This document shows positions 39,671 to 47,841 of a stretch of DNA of 64,000 nt, piece by piece; within the stretch, counting starts at the first letter, position 1; each line of letters starts with the position of its first letter. The stretch covers positions 15,257 through 79,256 of the forward strand of contig JAHIQT010000054.1 of the NCBI GenBank assembly GCA_018903255.1. Direction: 5' to 3'. The DNA is from Bacillota bacterium. GTDB taxonomy: Bacteria > Bacillota > Clostridia > Eubacteriales > Eubacteriaceae. The notes under the pieces are model-generated. The model searched no databases, was not told where the DNA came from, and was given only the letters and a program-made list of their open reading frames with translations. The translations under genes were made by a program, and so were the position numbers.

Positions 39671-41691
39671 CGGCCTGTTTCTCCTTTAATTCGGTTCTGG
39701 ATAACGCCCATCAATTCCGACAACATGAACGGCTTTTTAAAATAATGCTCGACTCCCAAAGCGGATGCTCGAAGCACCGATTCGTCATTTTTAAGATAGG
39801 ATAAATAAATAAACGGAATCTTACTGGTGTTGGAATCCGACAGCATTTCTTCGCGGAACAGAAAACCATCCAGCTTGGGAATCATCACCTCGGAGATAAT
39901 CAGCAGTGGTCTCTCTTCCCTTGCGATTTGTAGCGCCGCTTGACCATCACTTGCGCTAATAACCCGATAATTAATATTCTCGAGGGCAGTTTTTAATACA
40001 TCGACCGAGATTTCATCTGAATCAACAATCAGGATTTTTCCAATCTCATCCTGGTATTCGGTCATTGCCGATTGACTGCAAACAATGTTTCTGCCCATAT
40101 TTCGGGCAATTTTAGCCCGTAGTACGGCAACGTTATAAAACGATTCATCTATCTTTTCAGAATGATCCTCGATCACTCTAATCTCATCAAACCAGACCAG
40201 ACCAATCGATGCCGTTATTTTTTCAATAAATTTTTCCGATGAGGCAATAGCGTTTCTAATTTTTTCAGCAAAGATCCGGGCGGCTTCTTTTGTAATTTGG
40301 GGAATGTAAAAAGCAAAGACAACGCCCTGAAGTTTAAATAATATCTCATTCCCCTCTTTTAAATTCTCCAGAATAAAGGTCACATTTCGCTGCACATCTT
40401 CGGTCTCATCATGACCATAAAGATACTCGATCCGCTCCATATTATCCAGACTGATAATCACCAGCCCAGGATTCTGCTCGGACTGATCGGCTATGATACT
40501 GTTAACCTCGCTGGCCAAATAGTTTCTAAAAAAACTGTGATTATACATGCCGGTAATGTCACAGCGGATCAGCTTGTTTTGAGATTCTAAAATACTGGAC
40601 TCCAAGCGGGTATTGATTTCTTTTAATCGCTGGTTTTGTTCATTAAGACTGGATGCTTCGTCTGCGATTTTTTTAATATGACTTTCAAACACTTCCGGCA
40701 TCGGAATATCGTACTCTTTGGAAAGGGTTTCTGTTAATGGTTCAACAACCATTAGCCAGCTTGTCCCTTTTCTGGTCAGAATCCGATCATATAGCATATT
40801 CCATAAAACATTGCCAGTAACATTGTAGTCGGTGATATTCAAGTTTTCGTCCAAAGTCACTTCCATATCTGCCACCAACTCGCGAACTGATTCGTGATTG
40901 AAAATTGACCCCAGCCGTTTTAACACGGTTGAACAAATTCCCATATAGCCGCCCGATTTCGCCAGATCTCGCTTGATCGGATTAAGTAGCGTACCACACT
41001 CTAAATCTCTTAACGCTTTGATATGGGCAACGATATTTTGATTGATGATTGAACCATGCTGGGGAACAATCATGGCGATATCCATCCCCAGAAAGGTTTC
41101 CATCACCGGCCGGAGAATGCTGTTGGAGGGCATATAGTGTTCATGAAAGGTTTTCATTTTTTCGAGATAGTCAGCTTCAGCGTAGAGACTCCATTGATAC
41201 GAAAAGGCGCCAAAAAGGTCGCTGGAAAAAAGGATTTTGGTCTGGTTGTCATAGGTAGTAAAAGCCCCGGGGAAATGCAGATAGGGGGTTAGGACAAAAT
41301 CTAAAATCCGCCCCGATTGCAGTTTTAGCTCAAAATTATTTTCATTGATAATATAATAATCGGATTTAATGCCATAATACTTGACCAGGGTTTGGGTTCG
41401 CCAATGGGTGACCACTTCAAAGTTTGCCCCAGCTTTTTCAAAAAGCGGTACCGCTGCACAAAAGTCCGGATCTTGATGATGAAGGATCACATATTTGATT
41501 TTCTCGAGCGGGATGATGCTCCGGACATTTTCATAGACATCCTCAAAATCCAACACCGAACCGGGATCAATCAGTACCCCTTCATCGCCATCGACAATCA
41601 AATAGGGATTACAATGCAATCCGCCATCCTGGGCGCATCCTCCGACCCAATATATTCCTGCTGCTATTTCTACTGCTCGTGATGTTATCAT
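39667..41691 (-). CDS. MBL-fold oxygen-binding di-iron protein (ODP) domain + degenerate GGDEF + atypical receiver domain
   Basis: HHQDPD, HWRT, HFPG, SSDLFG, FHEHYMP, PQHG; CDITGMYN with A-site FKLQGVVF; REC LIISEVMIPKLDG. Confidence 0.8.
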   Translation of the reverse strand: MITSRAVEIAAGIYWVGGCAQDGGLHCNPYLIVDGDEGVLIDPGSVLDFEDVYENVRSIIPLEKIKYVILHHQDPDFCAAVPLFEKAGANFEVVTHWRTQTLVKYYGIKSDYYIINENNFELKLQSGRILDFVLTPYLHFPGAFTTYDNQTKILFSSDLFGAFSYQWSLYAEADYLEKMKTFHEHYMPSNSILRPVMETFLGMDIAMIVPQHGSIINQNIVAHIKALRDLECGTLLNPIKRDLAKSGGYMGICSTVLKRLGSIFNHESVRELVADMEVTLDENLNITDYNVTGNVLWNMLYDRILTRKGTSWLMVVEPLTETLSKEYDIPMPEVFESHIKKIADEASSLNEQNQRLKEINTRLESSILESQNKLIRCDITGMYNHSFFRNYLASEVNSIIADQSEQNPGLVIISLDNMERIEYLYGHDETEDVQRNVTFILENLKEGNEILFKLQGVVFAFYIPQITKEAARIFAEKIRNAIASSEKFIEKITASIGLVWFDEIRVIEDHSEKIDESFYNVAVLRAKIARNMGRNIVCSQSAMTEYQDEIGKILIVDSDEISVDVLKTALENINYRVISASDGQAALQIAREERPLLIISEVMIPKLDGFLFREEMLSDSNTSKIPFIYLSYLKNDESVLRASALGVEHYFKKPFMLSELMGVIQNRIKGETGR

Positions 41692-41705
41692 TTTTTCCTC
41701 CTTGT

Positions 41706-42407
41706 CTAATATCGAATCCAGTCAACTAATAAAACCTGATCTTCTGAAGGTGGCAGACCCGCTTGCCAGTTGGGGTACCAGCTGTTAACCATCAGCTGCA
41801 TCGGCTGCCCGTGCGGTATCCCCTCTTGCCACTCCTTAATTAATTTGTTGTCCACATAAAAAGCCACCCCATCGATGCTATAGTCAAAGCGATACTGGTG
41901 AAAATCAGCGGTCGGATCAAAGCCCAGCTTGCCAATATATTCGTTTTGTACTGCGCCATCAGCATAGGTGGTCAGCAACAATTCACCTGCTTTGGAATTA
42001 AATATTTCAATATCGATTTCATAAAAATAATCCGGGGGCGCATAAAGAAAGAAACCGGTGATCGATGAAGGCGCCAGTGGCAGTTTCATCTGGATCTCGT
42101 AGCTGCCATAGGTGACCGCTTGGCGACCAACAAGTTCCCCGCCTTCAAGCCGATCGGCTGGCATTGTGATCTGCAAGAAGCCATCCCTAACCGCAATGTT
42201 ATTGGGATTTAGCCAGGTTCGGCCAAGGGTTTTATCAGAAGCCGTCCAGATACTTTCATCGAGGGTATCGAAGTTTTCCTGATTCATCCGACTTTCTAAG
42301 ACCCTACTGATTTTTTGAACCCACTGATTCTCACCAGCCAGATAAATCGCCATGCCAATCAGCAAACCGCCGAGAATTATACTGAAGAGCACTAACCACT
42401 TTTTCAT
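41706..42407 (-). CDS. Glycoside hydrolase family 16, membrane-anchored
   Basis: Catalytic EIDIE motif, YGSYEIQMK, FDPTADFHQYRF; N-terminal hydrophobic helix. Confidence 0.88.
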   Translation of the reverse strand: MKKWLVLFSIILGGLLIGMAIYLAGENQWVQKISRVLESRMNQENFDTLDESIWTASDKTLGRTWLNPNNIAVRDGFLQITMPADRLEGGELVGRQAVTYGSYEIQMKLPLAPSSITGFFLYAPPDYFYEIDIEIFNSKAGELLLTTYADGAVQNEYIGKLGFDPTADFHQYRFDYSIDGVAFYVDNKLIKEWQEGIPHGQPMQLMVNSWYPNWQAGLPPSEDQVLLVDWIRY

Positions 42408-42445
42408 TGGTATCCCCTTACTATCAGTTGATTTTTATACTTCTT

Positions 42446-42474
42446 ATCATAAACCTTTTGATACCCCGTTGCAA
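42446..42474 (-). promoter_or_regulatory. Sigma-A-like promoter of the GH16-ODP-GT2 operon
   Basis: TTGCAA-N17-TATGAT; the -35 lies inside the palindrome ccgttgcaacgg (42466-42477). Confidence 0.55.
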
Positions 42475-42514
42475 CGGATTTAATAAAGAAACAGAATAAT
42501 TATTGGGCGTACCT

Positions 42515-42548
42515 AAAAAAAGCATCTGCACACGAATGCACAGATGCC
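42515..42548 (-). terminator. Terminator of the P-type ATPase gene
   Basis: ggcatctgtgc...gtgcagatgc followed by a T-run on the minus strand. Confidence 0.7.
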
Positions 42549-42570
42549 TAGTAATCTAAACCACTAATTT

Positions 42571-45219
42571 TTAATTATTTGCTTCAAATTTTCTTTGAAA
42601 GAATTTTACCGTTTCAACAATCGGAATCACGACCACAGCCAGACCCATCGCGGCAAAGTATTCGGCCAGACTGATCGCTTCAAACTCAAAGGCGGCAGCA
42701 ATCGGTGGAATAAAGATGACCGCTGTGGTCAGAACTAAGGATACCGCCATCGCCAGGAATAAAAATTTATTCTGGTGTTTCATTTTAAAAATTGATTGAC
42801 GTCGGCTGCGCATATTCAGTGAATGGAACATTTCAGCCATTGATAGGGTCAGAAATGCCATTGTTATACCATCAGCACTTTCAGCAATCTCCCAGACCCC
42901 AGCTTCCATATAGTGTCCCACGAAATAGGCGGCGATAGTGACAAGCGCGACCATTGTGCCCTGCCAGATCACATCCACCCCGAGACCGCGGGAGAAAATC
43001 CCCTCCTTTGATTCTCTTGGTGGATGTTTCATGGTGTCGGCTTCCTCGCCTTCCATTCCCAGGGCAATCGCCGGAAAGGTGTCGGTAATCAGATTGATCC
43101 ACAATAAATGGACTGGTTTTAGAATTGTAAAGCCTAATAATGTCGCAACGAAGATGGCAATCACTTCGGATAAATTGGAAGACAGCAGAAATTGGATGGC
43201 TTTACGGATATTGTCATAGATACGACGACCTTCTTCCACAGCATTGACAATTGTGGCAAAATTATCGTCTGCCAGTACCATATCCGCAACATTTTTCGTT
43301 ACATCGGTTCCTGTTATCCCCATACCGATTCCAATATCGGCAGTTTTTATCGACGGCGCATCGTTGACACCATCGCCCGTCATCGCCACGATCATCCCTA
43401 AATTCTGCCAGGCCTTGACAATCCGTACCTTATGTTCAGGCTGCACCCGGGCATACACGGAATAGTTGCCAATATCTTTTTTTAGCTGCTCTTCAGTGAT
43501 CTCATCCAATTGAGCGCCGGTGATGGCTTCTTTCGGATCAACAATAATTCCTAGCTGCATCGCAATGGCGATGGCAGTATCCTTGTGATCTCCGGTGATC
43601 ATTACCGGACGAATCCCGGCCGTCTTACACTGGGCAATCGCATCCTTGACTTCCGGTCGAACCGGATCAATCATGCCTGTTAAACCGACAAAGCAGAGCT
43701 CCTCTTCCAGATAATCTGGCGTCTGATCTTCCGGCATCCTATCCCAGACTCGAAAAGCGCCCGCCAGCACCCGAAGCGCCTGATCGGCCAGCTGCTTATT
43801 GGCCTGTTTGATGGTGGCACAGATCTCATCAGTAATCGGTTGCTGAGTCTGGCCGTCCCAATAGCTGGTGCAGCGTGAGATCAGCACATCCGGAGCCCCT
43901 TTAACATACTGGGTAAATCCACCCGCTTCGATTTTGTGAATGGTACTCATCAGCTTTCGCCCGGAGTCGAAGGGGGCTTCCCCAACCCGGGGGCTTTGTT
44001 CTTCGATGTCACCCTTATTCAAACCCAGCGAATAACCGTAATTAACTAGCGCTGCTTCAGTCGGCTCTCCTTCGGCCTTATTTGCCTCATTTAAATGGGC
44101 ATCATTACAGAGGGTCATGACTCTAGCCAGCAGTTGTTCATCAAAACCAAAGTGATCGACCACCGTCATTTTGTTCTGGGTCAGGGTACCGGTTTTATCG
44201 GAGCAGATCACCTGGGTACAACCCAGAGTTTCAACCGCGGTTAGTTTTCGGATTACCGCTTTTTCTTTGGCCATATTGGTCACGCCTAACGACAGGACAA
44301 TCGTGACCACTGCTGCCAGACCTTCGGGAATGGCGGCAACCGCCAGCGATACTGCCACCATAAAGGTATTAAGAACTCCAACGCCAGTAATTCCTTGACC
44401 CAGATACAATCGCACCAGGCTCATCGCGAAGATAAAAATACAGATTCCCAGCACCAGCCAACTTAACACCTTGCTTAATTGATTAAGCTTGATTTGCAGC
44501 GGTGTGGTATGTTCTTTAGCCTGGGTAATGGCCTCGGCAATCTTACCCACTTCCGTTTGCATTCCGGTGGCTACAACCGTTGCCGTACCACGGCCATAAA
44601 CCACGGCACTGCCCATATAGACCATATTTTTTCGGTCACCCAGCGAAATGTCTTTTTGATCGCCTAGGTTAAGGGCATTAATCACCTTACTCACCGGAAT
44701 ACTTTCTCCAGTCAGGGCGGCTTCTTCAATTTTCAGGCTGGCACTTTCGAGCAGTCTGGCATCTGCCGGTACGGAGTCTCCGGCTTCTAGCAGAATCACG
44801 TCGCCGATTACCAAATCTTCAGATTTAATTTCCTGAATTTTTCCGTCCCGGATCACCCGGGAGGTGGCGGCGGAAATGGCCTGCAGGGCTTCAATGGCTT
44901 TTTCGGCCTTACTTTCCTGATAAACACCCAGTATCGAATTGATCATCACCACCGCCATAATAATAATCACATCGCCAAATGATTCGCCCGAATAAGCGGC
45001 TGTGATTCCGGATACAATGGCGGCCGCAATCAGGATCACAATCATCGGGTCTTTTAACTGCTTAACAAGCCGCACCGCCAACGAATCCTTTTTAGCCTCG
45101 TTTAGTTTGTTTTTCCCATTTTTTTCCAGCCGATTACTGGCCTCTGTCTGGGAAAGACCCTCTTTCCCGGAGTTTAACTCTTTTAGCACTTCTTCCGAAG
45201 TTTGTAAATAGCTCTTCAT
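42571..45219 (-). CDS. Cation-transporting P-type ATPase (P2A, Ca2+/Mn2+ type)
   Basis: TGES, PEGL, DKTGTLT, KGAPD, TGDGVND; AGGAGG RBS gives ATG 45219 (the ORF-track extension runs through the riboswitch). Confidence 0.95.
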   Translation of the reverse strand: MKSYLQTSEEVLKELNSGKEGLSQTEASNRLEKNGKNKLNEAKKDSLAVRLVKQLKDPMIVILIAAAIVSGITAAYSGESFGDVIIIMAVVMINSILGVYQESKAEKAIEALQAISAATSRVIRDGKIQEIKSEDLVIGDVILLEAGDSVPADARLLESASLKIEEAALTGESIPVSKVINALNLGDQKDISLGDRKNMVYMGSAVVYGRGTATVVATGMQTEVGKIAEAITQAKEHTTPLQIKLNQLSKVLSWLVLGICIFIFAMSLVRLYLGQGITGVGVLNTFMVAVSLAVAAIPEGLAAVVTIVLSLGVTNMAKEKAVIRKLTAVETLGCTQVICSDKTGTLTQNKMTVVDHFGFDEQLLARVMTLCNDAHLNEANKAEGEPTEAALVNYGYSLGLNKGDIEEQSPRVGEAPFDSGRKLMSTIHKIEAGGFTQYVKGAPDVLISRCTSYWDGQTQQPITDEICATIKQANKQLADQALRVLAGAFRVWDRMPEDQTPDYLEEELCFVGLTGMIDPVRPEVKDAIAQCKTAGIRPVMITGDHKDTAIAIAMQLGIIVDPKEAITGAQLDEITEEQLKKDIGNYSVYARVQPEHKVRIVKAWQNLGMIVAMTGDGVNDAPSIKTADIGIGMGITGTDVTKNVADMVLADDNFATIVNAVEEGRRIYDNIRKAIQFLLSSNLSEVIAIFVATLLGFTILKPVHLLWINLITDTFPAIALGMEGEEADTMKHPPRESKEGIFSRGLGVDVIWQGTMVALVTIAAYFVGHYMEAGVWEIAESADGITMAFLTLSMAEMFHSLNMRSRRQSIFKMKHQNKFLFLAMAVSLVLTTAVIFIPPIAAAFEFEAISLAEYFAAMGLAVVVIPIVETVKFFQRKFEANN

Positions 45220-45249
45220 CAAATTCCTCCTTTTTGTAATTTTGTGCAT

Positions 45250-45276
45250 AAAAAAACCAGATGCCGCTGCACCTGG
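45250..45276 (-). terminator. Riboswitch expression-platform terminator
   Basis: ccaggtgc-agcg-gcatctgg-ttttttt between the aptamer and the RBS. Confidence 0.7.
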
Positions 45277-45306
45277 AAAAAATAACCCAAGTACAGAAAA
45301 CTGTAC

Positions 45307-45390
45307 ATGAGTCTCACTCATTAAGATAAGCCAGGTATTGCTACCATGCATGTTGACTTATCACGCAAATTGCGCAAATTACTCCCTCAT
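45307..45390 (-). ncRNA. yybP-ykoY (Mn2+) riboswitch
   Basis: Minus strand: atgaGGGAGTAa...GTCAACAt...ggc...gtGAGACtcat, matching the GGGAGUA / GUCAnCA / GAGAC core with closing P1; upstream of a P-type ATPase. Confidence 0.8.
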
Positions 45391-45399
45391 AACTGCTTC

Positions 45400-45428
45400 A
45401 TTTTACACCGGCGCATTATCTTTGTCAA
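45400..45428 (-). promoter_or_regulatory. Sigma-A promoter of the riboswitch/ATPase transcript
   Basis: TTGACA-N17-TAAAAT. Confidence 0.7.
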
Positions 45429-45467
45429 GATAATGCGCCAGGATTATTTTGTTATTTTTTGCTGTGA

Positions 45468-47375
45468 TTAGTTATTTTCCAGATATGGCTGATCGATCGA
45501 GCCAGGTGCCGCTGATCCTGCTGGTAGCACCTGAATTTCAATCGCTTCCAAGCGGTAACCAAATCCAGCCGTGCCCGCTTTCGCATCATTTTTGGCCCAG
45601 TCCATCCAACCGACATTCTGTGCGTGAACCCGGTAGTAAACATCAAACTGCCCCGCATCGGCACCGGTTAATCTGACATTAATGGCTTCCAGCCGTAGCG
45701 ATTCGCCGGAAGTCCCGCTCATATCACCATCACTTTGATAGTCCTGCCAGCCCTGGTTCTGCACATGGGTACGGTATTCAATTCCCAGATCATAGCCACT
45801 GGTATCCATTTTTATCTTGATACCTTCTAGCCGCAGTGATTGCCCCGATGTGCCACTGACCCCACCGTTGCTTTGCCAATTCTGCCAGCCCTCATTCTGA
45901 ACATGGGTGCGATAAACACTGTTGACAAAGCTGTCCTGACTTTGGCTAAAGGCTTTGATACAAACATTGCTGCTGTCTTTTTTCGAAGTATCATACCAGC
46001 CGCCGGTTCCCGATTTGCTGGTAAAGCTCTCGCCGGGGTTGGCAGTGACGGCACTGCTGTAACTTTCAACCCGGCTCTCGACCGGTACGGGTTGATTGGA
46101 TCCCGGCGTTCTAAATTTAATGACCACCGCAAACTTCTGGCCGGCCACCAGTCCGACTGGGTTATCTAATTCGACGGTATAATAACCACCCCGCGTAAAT
46201 TTTTGCGTTTGGCTAGTTCGTAAGGTACCACTGTTTGGCTGGCCATCATTGACATCGGTATAGATCTTGATCTCAGCCGTTGTTCCTGGGGTTAAGGCAT
46301 AAGTGCTCACTGCCATCAGCTTGTCACTAGTAGCAGCGGTAAAAATATTGGCGCCCCAGGCTGTTTGATCGCCATCCGGATAGCCCATCGCTGAGATATT
46401 ACCCAATGGGTCGTACTGATAGATTCGGCTGTAATTATCGGTGGCTTCAGCATTATGAAAGGCAGTCACATTACTACCAGCATAACGATCATAATAGGAC
46501 ATATAGAAATAGCCATCGTCACCCCAATCGCTTCCCCAGCTGTTGCGGATAATCCAGGCGCCATCCCCATCCGGCTTTTCATTGAAATTATCACGGCTAT
46601 AATTGTCATCCCAGCCAACTATCGCGACATCATGATCGGGATTTTGATCGCCATTGTAGTAAAAAGCAGCGTTGTCACTGTTATAGTAATCATTGCTATT
46701 CATTGAACCAAAATACATCGAAGTATAAAGCGCTCCGCCATCGATCAGCGCCTGCTTGATGGCACTTGGTAATTTCGGAATCGAAACCACTTCCTGAACA
46801 TGATTAACCAGCGACAAGCCGGTTTTTTTCGGTGTATCATAGGGATCACTGCTTTCGTCGACTGGGCCGCTCCAACGCGCCAGGTAAGCAGTAGCCATCG
46901 TGTAATTCCCCCCCTCATCGGGGGTTCCATCAAAACCGCTGTTCCACATCAGGTTGTTTTCAGAAAAATCCGCTGTGGTGTCCTTCTTGAGATAGGATTC
47001 CAGCGAAGCCAAGCTGGCAAATGCCCAGCAGCTCCCATAATCACCCTGATCACGGATCTGGGTGACGCGATCGATTTCGCGCAGATCGTAGACGGCCGGA
47101 AATGTTGCTGCCTGGGTTATGGTGCTCTCAGCGGTTCCTTCAAAGCGTTGCAATGGTGGTGGAATATGGCCGAGCGCATAGCCGCCACTGGTTGTGGCGT
47201 TCAGGTTTCCCGACTCTAGGTCACCCCGATACTCAACAAATGCTGGATTCAAGGTTGCTACTGTTGGTTCAGCCGTTTCTTCCACAGCCCAGGCTCCGCC
47301 TGGAATCAAAACAGTCAGCATTAAGCTAACTAGCAGCAATGATAGTGATTTCTGCAAATTCTTACTCATTTTCAC
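45468..47375 (-). CDS. Secreted papain-family (C1) cysteine peptidase with lectin-like domain and ChW repeats
   Basis: Signal peptide; QGDYGSCWAF, HDVAIVGWDD, RNSWG; C-terminal YRTHVQNEGWQ...SGTSGQSLRLEG repeats. Confidence 0.9.
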   Translation of the reverse strand: MKMSKNLQKSLSLLLVSLMLTVLIPGGAWAVEETAEPTVATLNPAFVEYRGDLESGNLNATTSGGYALGHIPPPLQRFEGTAESTITQAATFPAVYDLREIDRVTQIRDQGDYGSCWAFASLASLESYLKKDTTADFSENNLMWNSGFDGTPDEGGNYTMATAYLARWSGPVDESSDPYDTPKKTGLSLVNHVQEVVSIPKLPSAIKQALIDGGALYTSMYFGSMNSNDYYNSDNAAFYYNGDQNPDHDVAIVGWDDNYSRDNFNEKPDGDGAWIIRNSWGSDWGDDGYFYMSYYDRYAGSNVTAFHNAEATDNYSRIYQYDPLGNISAMGYPDGDQTAWGANIFTAATSDKLMAVSTYALTPGTTAEIKIYTDVNDGQPNSGTLRTSQTQKFTRGGYYTVELDNPVGLVAGQKFAVVIKFRTPGSNQPVPVESRVESYSSAVTANPGESFTSKSGTGGWYDTSKKDSSNVCIKAFSQSQDSFVNSVYRTHVQNEGWQNWQSNGGVSGTSGQSLRLEGIKIKMDTSGYDLGIEYRTHVQNQGWQDYQSDGDMSGTSGESLRLEAINVRLTGADAGQFDVYYRVHAQNVGWMDWAKNDAKAGTAGFGYRLEAIEIQVLPAGSAAPGSIDQPYLENN

Positions 47376-47408
47376 TCCTCTTTCTCTTCAATATGGCTTT
47401 AACTTTTC

Positions 47409-47636
47409 TTAGCCGATCTGTTCGACAGTTCCGGAATCCTTACCGAATTCGATTTTATCAAGCAAATCGTTGAATTTTTCGGTAAGGGTATCAACATTAG
47501 TCTTTAATTCTTCATCTCCCGGGGTGCAGTTCCCGGGAAAGCCGTAGATCCGTCCGCTCCCCACTTCCTTCAATAAAAAAAGAATCTCCGCGATTTCCTG
47601 CTTATACTTGTTTCTCACATCTGTAACCTGATCCAT
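47409..47636 (-). CDS. Hypothetical protein (75 aa)
   Basis: GGAGG RBS directly before ATG 47636 (MDQVTDVRNKY...). Confidence 0.65.
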   Translation of the reverse strand: MDQVTDVRNKYKQEIAEILFLLKEVGSGRIYGFPGNCTPGDEELKTNVDTLTEKFNDLLDKIEFGKDSGTVEQIG

Positions 47637-47705
47637 TATGTCCTCCAAAATTTTAGCTCTTACCGTCATTTTGACACGGTTAAAATGATTTTAGTCGTTC
47701 TGATC

Positions 47706-47743
47706 AAAAAGATGACCGCCGGTTTTAACGGCGGTCATCTTTT
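47706..47743 (-). terminator. Strong intrinsic terminator
   Basis: aaaagatgaccgcc...ggcggtcatctttt. Confidence 0.85.
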
Positions 47744-47782
47744 ATCATCAAGTATTTCTTTTGTCACCATCAACTTGATCAA
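47735..47782 (-). CDS. Putative small ORF (15 aa, MIKLMVTKEILDDKR)
   Basis: AGGAGGTG RBS, TTG start, TGA inside the terminator arm, upstream SigB-like promoter. Confidence 0.35.
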   Translation of the reverse strand: MIKLMVTKEILDDKR

Positions 47783-47813
47783 GCCACCTCCTAATATTCT
47801 ATTCTAGGAAGTT

Positions 47814-47838
47814 ATACCCCATAATCCTGCTTTGTAAC
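47814..47838 (-). promoter_or_regulatory. SigB-like promoter
   Basis: GTTACA-N13-GGGTAT. Confidence 0.45.
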
Positions 47839-47841
47839 ACC

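Noticed and set aside
45220-45351. N-terminal extension of the P-type ATPase in the ORF track
   Set aside because: Overlaps the yybP-ykoY riboswitch and its terminator; the AGGAGG RBS supports ATG 45219
47637-47669. Idea that the 15-aa ORF and the 86-aa ORF are one interrupted gene
   Set aside because: The apparent ILED similarity is the GGAGG RBS of the downstream gene read in frame; its true start is ATG 47636
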